A DNA stretch of 64,000 nt, from the NCBI GenBank assembly GCA_013239625.1, contig MU054212.1, forward strand, positions 4,262,650 to 4,326,649, read 5' to 3'. Source of the DNA: Lama guanicoe. Taxonomy: Eukaryota. The position numbers and the translations under genes were made by a program. This document shows, piece by piece, positions 63,533 through 64,000 of this stretch. Position 1 is the first letter of the stretch, and the number at the start of each line of letters is the position of its first letter. The notes below the pieces were generated by a model. It had not been told where the DNA came from and did not search any database. It saw only the letters and a program-made list of their open reading frames with translations.

Positions 63533-64000
63533 TCTTTTTAAATTTTTATTGATTTATAATCATTTTTACAGTGTGCCAAATTCCAGTATAGAGCACAATT
63601 TTTGAGTCATAAATGAACATATATATATTCATTGTCACATTTTTTTCTCTGTGAGCTACGATAAGATCTTGTATATATTTCCCTGTGCTATACAGTATAA
63701 TCTTGTTTATCTATTCTACAATTTTGAAATCCCAGTGTATCTCTTCCCACCCCTCGCCCCCTTGGCAACCACAAGTTTGTATTCTATGTCTGTGAGTCTG
63801 TTTCTGTTTTACATTTATGCTTTGCTTGTTTTCCTTTTTTTTTTAGATTCCACATATGAGCAATCTCATATGGTATTTTTCTTTCTCTTTCTGGCTTACT
63901 TCACTTAGAATGACATTCTCCAGGAGAATCCATGTTGCTGCAAATGTTATTATGTTGTCGGTTTTTATGGCTGAGTAGTATTCCATTGTATAAATAGACC
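63533..64000 (-). mobile_element. Young L1 3' end, running off the window
   Basis: 'tttccctgtgctatacagtataatcttg..ccccttggcaaccacaagtttgtattctatgtctgtgagtctg..tagattccacatatgag..cttacttcacttagaatgacattctccagg..ccatgttgctgcaaatg..tttttatggctgagtagtattccattg'. Confidence 0.95.

Overview
This is AT-rich eutherian non-coding DNA (intronic or intergenic). It is most likely from a camelid: two tRNA-derived SINE copies of the GGGGAGGGTATAGCTCA(A)GT.. type (36.6 and 38.4 kb) and the younger L1 3' ends resemble camelid repeats as I recall them. I find no credible protein-coding exon, RNA gene or prokaryote-type system. The ORF track is chance or repeat-derived, and the only clear protein homology is decayed L1 ORF2. 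Much of the window is recognisable transposable-element remnant: L1, L2, MIR, MLT1/MLT2, MER21-, MER34- and LTR33-like LTRs, an ERV1 solo LTR with a 4-bp TSD, MER58A and SINEs. The best-supported points of interest are nested insertions with readable target-site duplications, a SINE/L1-tail chimera, and a CpG-rich patch next to a perfect GTCACGTGAC-CCAAT element. Family names come from my memory of consensus sequences, not a database search. Boundaries of old repeats are approximate (about +/-30-50 bp). I did not find a novel biological system I can support.
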